Below are positions 1 to 9,997 of a stretch of 54,400 nt of DNA, piece after piece. The number at the start of each line of letters is the position of its first letter. Position 1 is the stretch's first letter. Source of the DNA: a virus (Duplodnaviria; Caudoviricetes). The stretch is from positions 1-54,400 of the IMG/VR virus record IMGVR_UViG_3300025087_000086; one strand, given 5' to 3'. The notes under the pieces were generated by a model. It had not been told where the DNA came from, made no database searches, and worked only from the letters and a program-made list of their open reading frames with translations. The translations under genes were made by a program, and so were the position numbers.

Positions 1-705
1 GAAACAAAGCAAATCTATAGTCCATCTACGGATTGGGGTTTGACAGACTTTGGATATCATGACAAGTCCATGCTGCTGTATGACAATGCCCCGCTTAGAC
101 TCTATTCTTACGATAGGTTTCTGACTACACCAGTTAGCCAGAATGACTACAAGATAAACTTTACTTCTGGTGGAGTAGGAGTTCTAGAAATCGGAGTAGA
201 CATCGTTGGGGATACTAGTGGTGCTACTGCGACTATCAGTTCCGATATTACTCTTTCGTCTGGTTCCTTCGCTGGAGGGGACGCTGCTGGATACTTCTAT
301 GTAGAAGATGTCCACGGAGCATTCACGGACGGAGAAGGGATCGAAGTATCCTCGGTCAACTTCGCTACGTTAACTGACACAGAGCAGAGTACCGGCTCTC
401 AACCCTATGCGTATACAATAATCCCTAGCTCCCAAGACCTCTATTTTAATAAGCTGAATGATGCTTATGTAGTTGACTTCAATTACTTTAAGAAACTAGA
501 GTCACTGAGTTCCAATACTGATACTCCTACTTTTCGTTATGAATGGCATATGCTGATTGTCTACAGAGCCGTCTCTGAACTGGCTTCGTACCTCGGAGAA
601 CCAGTGCTTGAGCAAAGGTACTCTATGAAGTACTCTCAGATGCTTGGGCAAATGATGAGATCAGAAGTCCCAGGAAGATATATCAAGAAGAGGCCCATAG
701 CATAA
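1..705 (+). CDS. Tail tubular protein A / head-tail adaptor (5' end outside window)
   Basis: Frame is open from base 1. C-terminus (PTFRYEWHMLIVYRAVSELASYL) and position before the nozzle gene fit podovirus adaptors; stop overlaps the next ATG (TAATG). Confidence 0.6.
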   Translation, partial: ETKQIYSPSTDWGLTDFGYHDKSMLLYDNAPLRLYSYDRFLTTPVSQNDYKINFTSGGVGVLEIGVDIVGDTSGATATISSDITLSSGSFAGGDAAGYFYVEDVHGAFTDGEGIEVSSVNFATLTDTEQSTGSQPYAYTIIPSSQDLYFNKLNDAYVVDFNYFKKLESLSSNTDTPTFRYEWHMLIVYRAVSELASYLGEPVLEQRYSMKYSQMLGQMMRSEVPGRYIKKRPIA

Positions 706-3104
706 TGAGACTCAACAAGATTACAATGCCACAGGTCAGGGACCAGATAGTTCAGTTCACTGGAGGAGTGAACGAGTCTGAGACCCAACTTGAACTCAAA
801 CCAGGGGAACTCATTGCTTGTCAGAATTATATGGAAGCAGATGGCCCAGCAAAGGGATACGTATCGCTCAAGGGGTTCGAGAGATACGATGGGACTACTC
901 TGGCCTCTACTGTAGATGTTCCGATCCTAAGGGACTACGGGCTCTTAAATGATGATGCAGTGATCCTACTGGAATCAGATGGAACTCTTGGGTTCACTGA
1001 TCTAGCTAGTTCTCAGACTTTCACTGGTACCTCTGTAACAGAGCCAGAGACCTTTTCTTTTTATCCGAAATATAAAGATACCTCCTTCTTTGTGAATAAT
1101 CATGTAGGTGGGCTCTCAATGAGTGATGCGTTGGGTTTTATAGACCCAATTTGGGATGACTTTACAGTAGAACTTCGGTTCAAAGCTCATGCATCCCTGG
1201 ATACGACAGTAGACTCCACCCTTATTAACAAGACTGGATTGCTTAAAGTATACTGTGACACAGATGGAACTGACCTAAGGTTCGCTTTTAGCATCTCAGA
1301 CATAGCCCCCTCAACAACTACAGTAATCACTTCTAAGAAAGTTGTTCCGGGAGGAGAGTACCATGTAGTGCTCACTAGCAAAGCGGTAGCTGGGACCAGG
1401 ACCACTAGACTCTTAGTTAACGGGGAAACTCTTATAGAGAATGGCACATTTGATGTAGCAGAGATTACAGGTACAGATGATCTAGTATCCAACACAAACG
1501 CTCTGACTGTAGGTTCTACTGTACCAGCAGCGAGTACAGACTCAACCTACGGTTATTTCGATGCAATCCGAATAGACATTGGTTCATATAGATACTTTGG
1601 GCATTACGATATCCCAGTTCTCCCCTACTCCGACCCTGGATACAGCACGATAAACTATGATGACAGGTCCAGGGAGTTGGAGAGAGCAACCATTAAGCCT
1701 CCTTCATTAGCTTTCCAACCAAGCGGTATAGCATACTTCTCGGAAGACCATAAGATATACGTTAAAGCTGGAAACAAGATATACAATGACTCTGCTTCTG
1801 GATGGGTACAGAATACCGGTATCACTCCAAACGCCCCAGAGTCAGCTACATATACTTCAGAGATAATGAGAACCGGGGGAACACTCAAAGGGGCTGATTA
1901 CCGTATAGACGGATTTGATAGTGGTTCCTCAGTTCTGATCTTAGTAGACGGAGTATCACTACCCCGGATTTGGGATGGTTCCTCTTGTACTGTGCTCACC
2001 GATACAGCTATCCTAGAGATGGCAGATGCAGGTCAGTACCCATCCTTCACTATGGTCTGGGCTAACCGAGTGGTACTTGGCTACACCAGTGGTCAGTTAC
2101 TTATGTCAGCTTCGTTTTCCCCTACTGATTTCTCAGGGGGGTTTGGGGCTGGAGTGGTTCTAGGAGATGAGCTAGTTGGCTTCGTAGAAGGGCCAGAAGA
2201 TACTATGATCTGCTTCATGAGGAACAGTATCAAGGTATTCTATAGCTCCATTGAGGGCAGTGCTGATTTCGCTATGACATCTAAGGTATTCTCTAGATCA
2301 TCTGGGGCTATTGAGGGTACTATACAGAGGGCATTAAGTGATATCGTATACGCAGATGACAGAGGGGTTCTCTCGTTTCAATCCACTGATAAATACGGAG
2401 ACTTCGCTTCAGTAGCTCTAACTAAAAAAGTGAACAAGACTTTCCAGAGTAAGAAACTTACGATTACTTGTTCTATGATTGATAAAGAGAGTAACCAGTA
2501 CCGGCTGTTCTTCGAAGACGGTTCGGGGATGATCTTTACGTTTGATAAAGACGGTGCTCTAGCTGGGGCTACTTTCTGTAAGTATCAGATACCAGTGAGA
2601 GAGATAGTAACTGGGGAAGACGCTAGTGGAAACATTGTAAAGTACTTTGTTTCCTCTACCAACTATGTTTACAAGATGGACTCTGGAACCTCTTTTGATG
2701 GAATCGATATTCCGGTAGCCATTGAAACCTCGTTCCACAGCTACGGAGGCGCTAGGTACTGGAAGCGGTTTAGGAAGATCATATTTGAGATAGACGCTGA
2801 TGACTATCACTTGTGGTTCAACTATAAAGTGAACTATGATTACAAAGAGAACTTTATAAACAATTCCCAGGACACTTCGTTAAGCCTCTTTGACACTATG
2901 TCATCTTCTTCTCTCTGGGCCAAGGGAGATTGGGGTTCTTTCTTCTGGAGAAGCAAGAGCTTAGTTGAGAGACCAGCTCTGAATATCTCAGGCTATGGAA
3001 CCAACATGAGTCTTGCAATGAATCACTCAAGCAGATACTTGAATCAGCACATTCTACACAACATGATTGTGGATTACTCAGTGAACAACAGGAAAAGGAG
3101 ATAA
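705..3104 (+). CDS. Tail tubular protein B / nozzle with inserted LamG (ConA-like) domain
   Basis: 799 aa. N-terminal FTGGVN...ELIACQNY and C-terminal KRFRKI are typical of nozzle proteins. Internal DDFTVELRFK...YHVVLT...RLLVNG...GYFDAIRI is LamG-like. Confidence 0.7.
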   Translation: MRLNKITMPQVRDQIVQFTGGVNESETQLELKPGELIACQNYMEADGPAKGYVSLKGFERYDGTTLASTVDVPILRDYGLLNDDAVILLESDGTLGFTDLASSQTFTGTSVTEPETFSFYPKYKDTSFFVNNHVGGLSMSDALGFIDPIWDDFTVELRFKAHASLDTTVDSTLINKTGLLKVYCDTDGTDLRFAFSISDIAPSTTTVITSKKVVPGGEYHVVLTSKAVAGTRTTRLLVNGETLIENGTFDVAEITGTDDLVSNTNALTVGSTVPAASTDSTYGYFDAIRIDIGSYRYFGHYDIPVLPYSDPGYSTINYDDRSRELERATIKPPSLAFQPSGIAYFSEDHKIYVKAGNKIYNDSASGWVQNTGITPNAPESATYTSEIMRTGGTLKGADYRIDGFDSGSSVLILVDGVSLPRIWDGSSCTVLTDTAILEMADAGQYPSFTMVWANRVVLGYTSGQLLMSASFSPTDFSGGFGAGVVLGDELVGFVEGPEDTMICFMRNSIKVFYSSIEGSADFAMTSKVFSRSSGAIEGTIQRALSDIVYADDRGVLSFQSTDKYGDFASVALTKKVNKTFQSKKLTITCSMIDKESNQYRLFFEDGSGMIFTFDKDGALAGATFCKYQIPVREIVTGEDASGNIVKYFVSSTNYVYKMDSGTSFDGIDIPVAIETSFHSYGGARYWKRFRKIIFEIDADDYHLWFNYKVNYDYKENFINNSQDTSLSLFDTMSSSSLWAKGDWGSFFWRSKSLVERPALNISGYGTNMSLAMNHSSRYLNQHILHNMIVDYSVNNRKRR

Positions 3105-3109
3105 TACAA

Positions 3110-4762
3110 GTGGGCACTAATAGATTTTTTAATCCTGGGACATCTCTTGATGTAGCCAATGGAACAGTCTCAGATGAGACAGATATTAATGATGTAGTAG
3201 ACGATGTAACGGATTCCTTCAATCTAGTGGAAGATGACATTACTCTGTTAGCTGCTGAAGTGTTCACAGGGGGCATTCTGGATAACACTGGACTCACTAC
3301 CCCCATCACCCTGGGATACACTGCTGCTGTGCCTCCCGCAACTCCAGCGGAGTATTCAGTGACTCTAGTTAATGACGCTGTTGCGAACATCAATACGATC
3401 TCTACAGACGGTACTCTAGCTGGGAATACAGACACGGATATCCCAACGGAGAAGGCAGTGAAGACCTATGCTGATACAAAAATTGCTTCTAGTTACTTAG
3501 ATACAGATGGAACACTAACAGCTAACTCTGATGTCAAAGTAGCAACTCAAAAGGCTACTAAGACTTACGCTGATACTAAAATTCCAAGCAGTTACCTGGA
3601 TACTGATGGCACCTTAGCAGCTAACTCAGATACTAAGGTTGCTTCTCAGAAAGCAGTGAAGACATATGTTGGTAATTACATTTCAACCTCATATACTCCA
3701 ACATACAGAAACATAATTTGTAATCAAGAAATGCTTGTAAACCAGAAGAACGAGAATGCCTCAGTTGCAGTTAGTACCTCGGCTAGGACTGTAGATAGGT
3801 GGTGGTGTAGTAAGCTCAATACGGATCAGCTAGTAGCGGGAGTTGCAAGGTATGGAGATAGGTGGGCTCAGGCAGCTTTTGGGTATAGCAGAGCTAGTCT
3901 AAGGTGCACAGTAAGCACAAAAGAGACTACTACTGATGTAGATGAGTATCTTATTCCTTTTGAATACAAGTTTACAGGGACCGATTATAATCACCTCAGA
4001 GGTACTACGAACTGGACTCTCTCTTTTGATTTTAAATCAAATATGCCGAATAACTCTGTATTCTCTATAGTGTTTTTCACTGGTGCTATAGGAGTTGGAG
4101 ATGCTTACACATACGATTTCACATATGCATCAACTAGTACTGTCCAAAGAATAACAATGCCAATGCCAATTTTCTATGGTACTTCTATCGCTGCTGGCTT
4201 TAGGATAGCTGCTTTCGGGGGAGTGAATTACCAATGCACCGACCTAGAGACTTGGGAGAGTTCCTCTTCTGCGCTTTGTTCTCCATTTGCTACTGATTGG
4301 ATTTCTTATGCAAATGGAACATATACTTCTATCTCCTCTGTTCAGATAAATGAGGGAACTGTAGAAACAGCTTTTGAGAGAAAAGAGTTTAGGGAGTACT
4401 TAGATGAGTGCTACCCTTATTTTTACAAAACATATGAAGAACCATATGCACTTGGTACTACAGATGAGTTCAATGCTGAAGTGGCATTTAAGAATGCTCC
4501 CGCTGGGGCTTCTATCGACTTGTATCAGAATGTACATTTCCCAAAGGAGTCAGATACTGGAGGTGCAGCGCCAACAGTAGTTCTGTATTCTACTAGTACT
4601 GGAGATAGCGGAAAGATTAGGAATGTTACAGCAGGAACTGAGATTGCTGCTACAGCAGATGTTATCAGTAGAAAAGGTTTTAATAAAGTAGATACTGGGG
4701 TCACTACATTAGCTGATGGTGATAGGATCGCATTCCATTATACTGTGGATTCTGGATATTAA
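3110..4762 (+). CDS. Tail fibre / tail appendage protein
   Basis: GTG start. Three TQKAVKTY-type fibre repeats, then an RNIICN...VDRW...ECYPYF carbohydrate-binding-like domain; follows the nozzle gene. Confidence 0.6.
   Translation: MGTNRFFNPGTSLDVANGTVSDETDINDVVDDVTDSFNLVEDDITLLAAEVFTGGILDNTGLTTPITLGYTAAVPPATPAEYSVTLVNDAVANINTISTDGTLAGNTDTDIPTEKAVKTYADTKIASSYLDTDGTLTANSDVKVATQKATKTYADTKIPSSYLDTDGTLAANSDTKVASQKAVKTYVGNYISTSYTPTYRNIICNQEMLVNQKNENASVAVSTSARTVDRWWCSKLNTDQLVAGVARYGDRWAQAAFGYSRASLRCTVSTKETTTDVDEYLIPFEYKFTGTDYNHLRGTTNWTLSFDFKSNMPNNSVFSIVFFTGAIGVGDAYTYDFTYASTSTVQRITMPMPIFYGTSIAAGFRIAAFGGVNYQCTDLETWESSSSALCSPFATDWISYANGTYTSISSVQINEGTVETAFERKEFREYLDECYPYFYKTYEEPYALGTTDEFNAEVAFKNAPAGASIDLYQNVHFPKESDTGGAAPTVVLYSTSTGDSGKIRNVTAGTEIAATADVISRKGFNKVDTGVTTLADGDRIAFHYTVDSGY
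3400..3670 (+). repeat. About 3 coding tandem repeats of 99 bp (33 aa)
   Basis: Unit YLDTDGTLxANSDxKVAxQKAxKTY; equivalent codons at 3491 and 3590. Confidence 0.85.
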
Positions 4763-4779
4763 TTAAGAGGAAAAAGAAT

Positions 4780-6045
4780 ATGGCAACAACTGACTTAACA
4801 CTACAACCTGCTGAGAAAGTAACAGCTCTTACTGGGTATACACCGGATAAAGAAATTAATGTAGCTAGGGTCAGCGAGACTCCTCAGTACTTCACTAACA
4901 CTCAGGATACAACAAATACTCAGGAGACTTCTGGTACCCAAGCCACTGCTACTGACCCAACTCAGTCTTCGACAACTGCTCCAGACCAAACAGGCACAGC
5001 GCTAGCCGGGGCTGGAGCCATTGGAGACCAGGGTACAGCTAACGCAGAAGAGGCCAGGACTGCTGCAAACGTAGCGACTGGTACTTATGATTCCAAGAAC
5101 CTAGGCACAGTAAACCAATCCGCTCAAGTAAAGTCTGGAACTGGAATGATAGATGCTACTGGGGGAGCAGCAACTGTGCAGGGGCAGTTGGAGAAGTTAC
5201 TGGCTTATGATAAAGAGACTGGGCAGTACACTAATCCCTACATAGCTAACGCAGAAGCCAAAGCTAAGGAACAAGCAGCAGCTTCCGGGTTACTGGGGTC
5301 TTCTATGGCCGCTGGTGCAGCTAGGAGAGCAGCGATTGAATCCGGGCTACCGATTGCTCAGCAAGACGCAGACACCTATGCTAAAGCTACTCTCCAAGAG
5401 CAGGATACTTATAACGCCATTTCCAAGAACATCGCTGATGGAGTAGTCACTGCTGACCTGAAGCATTACCAGAATACCCTAGACCAAGCCATGGCAAACA
5501 AGAATACTCAGATGAATATTCTAATGGATGCTGCGGCTAAATCTAATGATACTATAGAGCAGGGATTCCTAACCCAGATGTCTAAGTCTATGGATCACTG
5601 GAGCCAGAGTACAATGGAGAATGCTAGGAATAATCTTAATGTCGTTATGAAGAAAATGGACCTTGACCAGCAGACTCAGCTACAGACTCAGAATCTTGTG
5701 GCTAATCTAGTCTCTGGAACCCAAGGGGAAATCATGAACATGATGCAAGACCCTGACTTTGTTGGGGGCTTTTTGACTGCACTAGGAGACCCTGCTGGAA
5801 CTCCTAAGTATTTTAATGATGCAGATGGTAATGTGGACTACACTCAACCAAACTACACAGCAGCCCAGAGAGCTAAAGCTAAAGAGAACATGATGACATT
5901 CTTTAGTAAAGATATTATGGGTTACGCTGCTGCTAATACGAAGTTCATTACTGACTCAGTTGGGCTCTTTGACGATTACTATCTCTGGGCTCTAAGGGAA
6001 ACTTGGAATGCAGGAGTACCGGGGACTAGCGGAAGCTTCTACTAG
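4780..6045 (+). CDS. Probable internal virion / ejection protein
   Basis: Ala/Thr/Gln-rich; GLLGSSMAAGAA...GLPIAQQDA motif as seen in podovirus virion proteins; gene order. Confidence 0.5.
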   Translation: MATTDLTLQPAEKVTALTGYTPDKEINVARVSETPQYFTNTQDTTNTQETSGTQATATDPTQSSTTAPDQTGTALAGAGAIGDQGTANAEEARTAANVATGTYDSKNLGTVNQSAQVKSGTGMIDATGGAATVQGQLEKLLAYDKETGQYTNPYIANAEAKAKEQAAASGLLGSSMAAGAARRAAIESGLPIAQQDADTYAKATLQEQDTYNAISKNIADGVVTADLKHYQNTLDQAMANKNTQMNILMDAAAKSNDTIEQGFLTQMSKSMDHWSQSTMENARNNLNVVMKKMDLDQQTQLQTQNLVANLVSGTQGEIMNMMQDPDFVGGFLTALGDPAGTPKYFNDADGNVDYTQPNYTAAQRAKAKENMMTFFSKDIMGYAAANTKFITDSVGLFDDYYLWALRETWNAGVPGTSGSFY

Positions 6046-6069
6046 AGCTAATGGGATCGGAGGGAATAC

Positions 6070-6561
6070 TTGGATACTAAACAAAACATGGGTACTGGGT
6101 TTTTCAGAGCTAATTGGAATAACTCACAGACAGTCATCAATATTGTACGAGGGCTCACTGGGAACCCTAATGCTTCTGCTGACATGATTCTTAAACTTAG
6201 GAATCCTAGTTTCTATGTGTTCATAAGTGACTCAGGAAAGTCTCTGTTATCCTTTGAACCAGTGTTTGGAGCAGTACCTTGGTATCTAGTTCATACGTTT
6301 TGTGGTGAGGGTGAACGAGGGTTACAGTTAAAACTCTTCCTTTTAAGAGTCGGTCTCTGGATGGCAGAGAATACCAAAGCAGAGGCATTCATGGCAGTGA
6401 TCCCAAGCGACCTAAGGCACTACGGTATCTTTCTAAGATCAGCTATGGGGATGAAACGAGCTGGCAGGGAGTCAGATACTACTATATACACGATTGGAAT
6501 TGATAGGTACGAAGAGATGAAGAACAAGTTAATTAAATTAGAAACAGAGAACGGAGAATAG
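6070..6561 (+). CDS. Hypothetical protein, possibly GNAT-like (T7 gp13 position)
   Basis: 163 aa with VHTF...GMKRAG pattern, directly before the pilot-like gene. Confidence 0.4.
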   Translation: MDTKQNMGTGFFRANWNNSQTVINIVRGLTGNPNASADMILKLRNPSFYVFISDSGKSLLSFEPVFGAVPWYLVHTFCGEGERGLQLKLFLLRVGLWMAENTKAEAFMAVIPSDLRHYGIFLRSAMGMKRAGRESDTTIYTIGIDRYEEMKNKLIKLETENGE

Positions 6562-6563
6562 GT

Positions 6564-7355
6564 ATGCCTGTATTTGTTGGGTTTGCTGCTATAGGTGGTG
6601 CTCTGGGATTCGCTGGAACCACTGCTATTGTAGTTGGTGTAGCCGTTAGTGCTGCTGTAGGTGCTGCTATTGGTGGTCTAGTTGCTGCTGTTACTGGAGG
6701 GGACATCTTAGAGGGGATGCTCTTTGGAGCAGTAGGTGGCTTAGTGGTAGGTGGCGTCTTCGGAGTAGGCATTGGAGGGGCAATAAATGCTACTGGTGCT
6801 GCTGAAGGTCTAGCGAGTACAGCTAGTATAACTGGGACAGGAGGTTATGTTAGTAGCTCAGGTGCTCTTACTACTTTCGCTACTCCATCAATTGGAGCTA
6901 GTGGTACTGTAGCTGCTGGCGGAACTGCTTCAGGAGGTATGGGTCTTGGGGAATCTATGGTTGCTTCTGGTCTCATGAAAGCAGCCGAAGGATACATGGG
7001 AGCAGATGAAGCAGAGAACCAAAGAGAGTGGCAGTCCTCAGAAGCAGCTAAGAATCGAGAAGCACAGATGGCAATGTCTATGAACAGTGCTGCTGCGGCT
7101 TCTAACTTCCATTTGACTGAGAAACTCAAGTTACAAGAGGCATTACAAGAGGACCAAATCCAAACTCTCAGGGAACAAGAGAGTATTCGTAGAGGCCGAG
7201 GGAGACTACAAGGTGCAGTTCTCTCGGGTGGACAGGGGGTTCAGACCGAGAAAGCAGAGCTACTTAAGCCGACTCAGCCAGAGACTATGGTAACTGCTCC
7301 AGTACAGCAGAGACCAATACTCAGAACTCAGACCACTGCGCTGAGGGGTGCATAA
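6564..7355 (+). CDS. DNA ejection pilot-like protein
   Basis: Long Gly/Ala hydrophobic N-terminus followed by a coiled-coil region (P22 gp7 / T7 gp14-like layout). Confidence 0.55.
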   Translation: MPVFVGFAAIGGALGFAGTTAIVVGVAVSAAVGAAIGGLVAAVTGGDILEGMLFGAVGGLVVGGVFGVGIGGAINATGAAEGLASTASITGTGGYVSSSGALTTFATPSIGASGTVAAGGTASGGMGLGESMVASGLMKAAEGYMGADEAENQREWQSSEAAKNREAQMAMSMNSAAAASNFHLTEKLKLQEALQEDQIQTLREQESIRRGRGRLQGAVLSGGQGVQTEKAELLKPTQPETMVTAPVQQRPILRTQTTALRGA

Positions 7356-8239
7356 TGAATTTCCTAAAGAACTACCCTCCAGTTGGGATACGGAATGGAA
7401 CCTATGGAGCTACCCCCAGTACATCTGGAACTCCTACGATCCCCCAAGGACAGCCACTAGCTCTCAATGGACCTGGGCAACTCCCACCAACTGGGCTAGG
7501 GTCTCTTGGTATCTCTACTTCAACGGCTCCCTACGGAGAAGCATTTGAGAACATAGGGAACCAGTGGTTAGATGCTCAGAACCAACTTAGTACCGCTGCT
7601 AGCCAGTTTGAGAAAGATGTAGCAGCAGCACATAAAGACCTGGGGACAGTGGACTCTACTGTAGATAAACTCTACTCAGAAATCTTAGAGAAAGAAGGAG
7701 TCAAGGTAGCAGTGGGTGCTCCAACTGGATCATTAGATAATAACGGGAATCTGGTGCAAGGACCATTTGCTGCTGAAGCTGAGTACGAGATACCATACTC
7801 AGTCTGGGATGATCTATGGAAAGCTTTCCATGACCCAAACGATCCGAGGCACGAAGAGATGAAGAACTCTCCATGGAGAATGGGTAGCTATAAAGATGAA
7901 GCAGGAGTGGAGCATCTATACGTTGACCCTAATGGATACGGTAAAGAGTTGCATGAACTCTTTGCTACCATGCCAGAGCAGATCAAGCAAGGGGCCTATG
8001 CTGAAGTAGCGAAGAAATGGGAAGCTGCATCAGAGCAATTAGCTGAGCAAGAGACAGAGGGACTGGCAAAACTAGGTGGCTACACAAACCAACTGGCCTT
8101 GGCGGGGAATCAACTTGGTGGTCTTTATAGAGATATGGACGTTGATTTACCCAAGGAGTTTCGGAACACTGGTATCGGAGAAGGAGAACGTGGTGGATCA
8201 CAACGTAGACAGACTGGCTTCAGTGTACTAGGGGGCTAA
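7355..8239 (+). CDS. Hypothetical virion-module protein
   Basis: 294-aa ORF coupled by TAATG overlap. Confidence 0.6.
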   Translation: MNFLKNYPPVGIRNGTYGATPSTSGTPTIPQGQPLALNGPGQLPPTGLGSLGISTSTAPYGEAFENIGNQWLDAQNQLSTAASQFEKDVAAAHKDLGTVDSTVDKLYSEILEKEGVKVAVGAPTGSLDNNGNLVQGPFAAEAEYEIPYSVWDDLWKAFHDPNDPRHEEMKNSPWRMGSYKDEAGVEHLYVDPNGYGKELHELFATMPEQIKQGAYAEVAKKWEAASEQLAEQETEGLAKLGGYTNQLALAGNQLGGLYRDMDVDLPKEFRNTGIGEGERGGSQRRQTGFSVLGG

Positions 8240-8243
8240 TAAG

Positions 8244-9074
8244 ATGGAAGAAACTATGATGAATAACGAGAGCCAGGAACCAGAGAACAACCAGGAAATG
8301 TCTCTGGAGACAAACCAGGAGAACCAAGGGAATCCAGGGAGCCAAGGGAAACCAGAGAGCCAAGGGAACCAGGGAGCGACTGGCTTCCAAGCTATGGTTG
8401 ACCCCAGTAAGAACCAAGATGTTGACCCAGCTACTCAGAGGAAACTAGAAGACATAAAGGCTATGACCATTAACTTTATGTACAGTGACAAGACTAAGGC
8501 TTCAGTAAAACAGATGGTCTCTGGCAAAGATTACCAGAAGACTGTCCCGATGGCTGCTACTTCGATCTATAAGCAGCTACAAATGTTCCTCAAGAAAGAC
8601 ACTAAGAAGCCTCTTGATTTGGATACTAAGCTGGCTATTGGTCTCACTGCATTCAGTGAAACGATGGAGTTGGCTCAGGCTATGGGAGCGATACCCGCAG
8701 ATGTCTCGGAAGATGAAACTGAGTCAATGCTTCGTAAAGTCATGCAAGATGAGATTCAAGCTGGGCTTAAGAGTGGAGAGATTGACCCAATTGAGTTACA
8801 GAGCAAGATTGAGACTATACTTCCAGATAACATGAAGCAAGAGGGGTCTAAGCTTGTTACTGCCCACGGTGGGTCGGATAGGCCAACTCAGCAGATGGTG
8901 GATCATATGAGAAAACAAAACATAGAGCGTCCACTGAGGACTGAGAATGAAATGCTGAAGGATCAGAACAAGCAGACTAGGACCGCTCTAACTGGGCTCC
9001 AGAACGCAGTACCGATTCAAGGGAAACCTAATATCCCTAGTACTGGTGCAGAAGTCTTCATGGGAGGTAAGTAA
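8244..9074 (+). CDS. Hypothetical virion-module protein
   Basis: 276-aa ORF with QGNQG low-complexity N-terminus, in operon. Confidence 0.6.
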   Translation: MEETMMNNESQEPENNQEMSLETNQENQGNPGSQGKPESQGNQGATGFQAMVDPSKNQDVDPATQRKLEDIKAMTINFMYSDKTKASVKQMVSGKDYQKTVPMAATSIYKQLQMFLKKDTKKPLDLDTKLAIGLTAFSETMELAQAMGAIPADVSEDETESMLRKVMQDEIQAGLKSGEIDPIELQSKIETILPDNMKQEGSKLVTAHGGSDRPTQQMVDHMRKQNIERPLRTENEMLKDQNKQTRTALTGLQNAVPIQGKPNIPSTGAEVFMGGK

Positions 9075-9076
9075 TC

Positions 9077-9994
9077 ATGGGAGCATGGGGTGCAGCGTTG
9101 GCAGGATTCGTAGGTGGAGCAAGTGGAGAGTACGTTAAGCAAGCAGACGAACAGAGAGAGTGGGAGCGGAAGCAGTTACTAATGCAAGCTGAGTTGATGA
9201 AGTCCAAAGAGTTGGCTCAGTACTCTGCTGGCTTACAGAAGATGAACAAAGAATATGTAGATGCAAGCGGGAATCTAGTCCAAGCCACTATGGGTCCAGA
9301 TGGGAGCGTAGCGATACCAGAGGGTGCTACTTCAATGGACATCATGCAGGGACTCCAGAGCATTGAAGCATCTAAAGCTTCCGCTGAAGCGTCTAAGGCA
9401 TCTGCTGCTCAGAATACTGCTGAGACTGCGTTGCTTGGTAAGAAGATGTCTCTCGAAGAGAGGAAGGTAGCTGCTGATGAGCTAAGGGCCAGGACTGATG
9501 CAGCAGGTGGTGGAGTTAAGGTGACTGACTTTGATAAGAAATCTTTGTTAGCTCAGAGAACAATGATTGGCATCCTCCAGAAGCAGAAGACAGATGACCC
9601 AGATGCTATTGACTGGGGTAAAGTATCCACTGCTGATAAGGCTGCATTGAACATGGCTGGAGCATTACCCCCTGATATCAAGATGTCCGATAAGCCAATG
9701 TCTGAGGGGGAGGCCAGGAAAGAGGCTGTAAAGATTGTAGCTGGGATGGAGAAAGAAGACCCAACCCTATTTACTGGAGTACCTGCTGTAAACTCTATAT
9801 GGCCTGGGCAGGATAAACCAGAAATACCAGCTAAGAACAGAGAGGAAATTATAAACTCCCTTACCAGAGAAATCCAAGGGGAGTCAGCACCAAGCTCCCC
9901 CAAGACAGTTTCTGTCCCAGTTGGTACAGTTCGGAATGGCTACAGATTCAAAGGTGGAAACCCTAACGATAAGAATTCTTGGGAAAAGATTTAA
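9077..9994 (+). CDS. Probable ejection (internal virion) protein
   Basis: GAWGAALAGFVGG N-terminus, coiled coil, C-terminal GYRFKGGNPNDKNSWEK motif typical of ejection proteins. Confidence 0.6.
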   Translation: MGAWGAALAGFVGGASGEYVKQADEQREWERKQLLMQAELMKSKELAQYSAGLQKMNKEYVDASGNLVQATMGPDGSVAIPEGATSMDIMQGLQSIEASKASAEASKASAAQNTAETALLGKKMSLEERKVAADELRARTDAAGGGVKVTDFDKKSLLAQRTMIGILQKQKTDDPDAIDWGKVSTADKAALNMAGALPPDIKMSDKPMSEGEARKEAVKIVAGMEKEDPTLFTGVPAVNSIWPGQDKPEIPAKNREEIINSLTREIQGESAPSSPKTVSVPVGTVRNGYRFKGGNPNDKNSWEKI

Positions 9995-9997
9995 TAT

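Noticed and set aside
3167-3181. GTCTC-AGAT-GAGAC as a motif copy
   Set aside because: 4-bp spacer and imperfect flank; could be chance, so not counted.
8270-8375. 9-bp-period repeats (also about 29765-29810 and 35430-35465)
   Set aside because: Short degenerate low-complexity coding tracts (QGNQG, QDTQD); no sign of a separate function.
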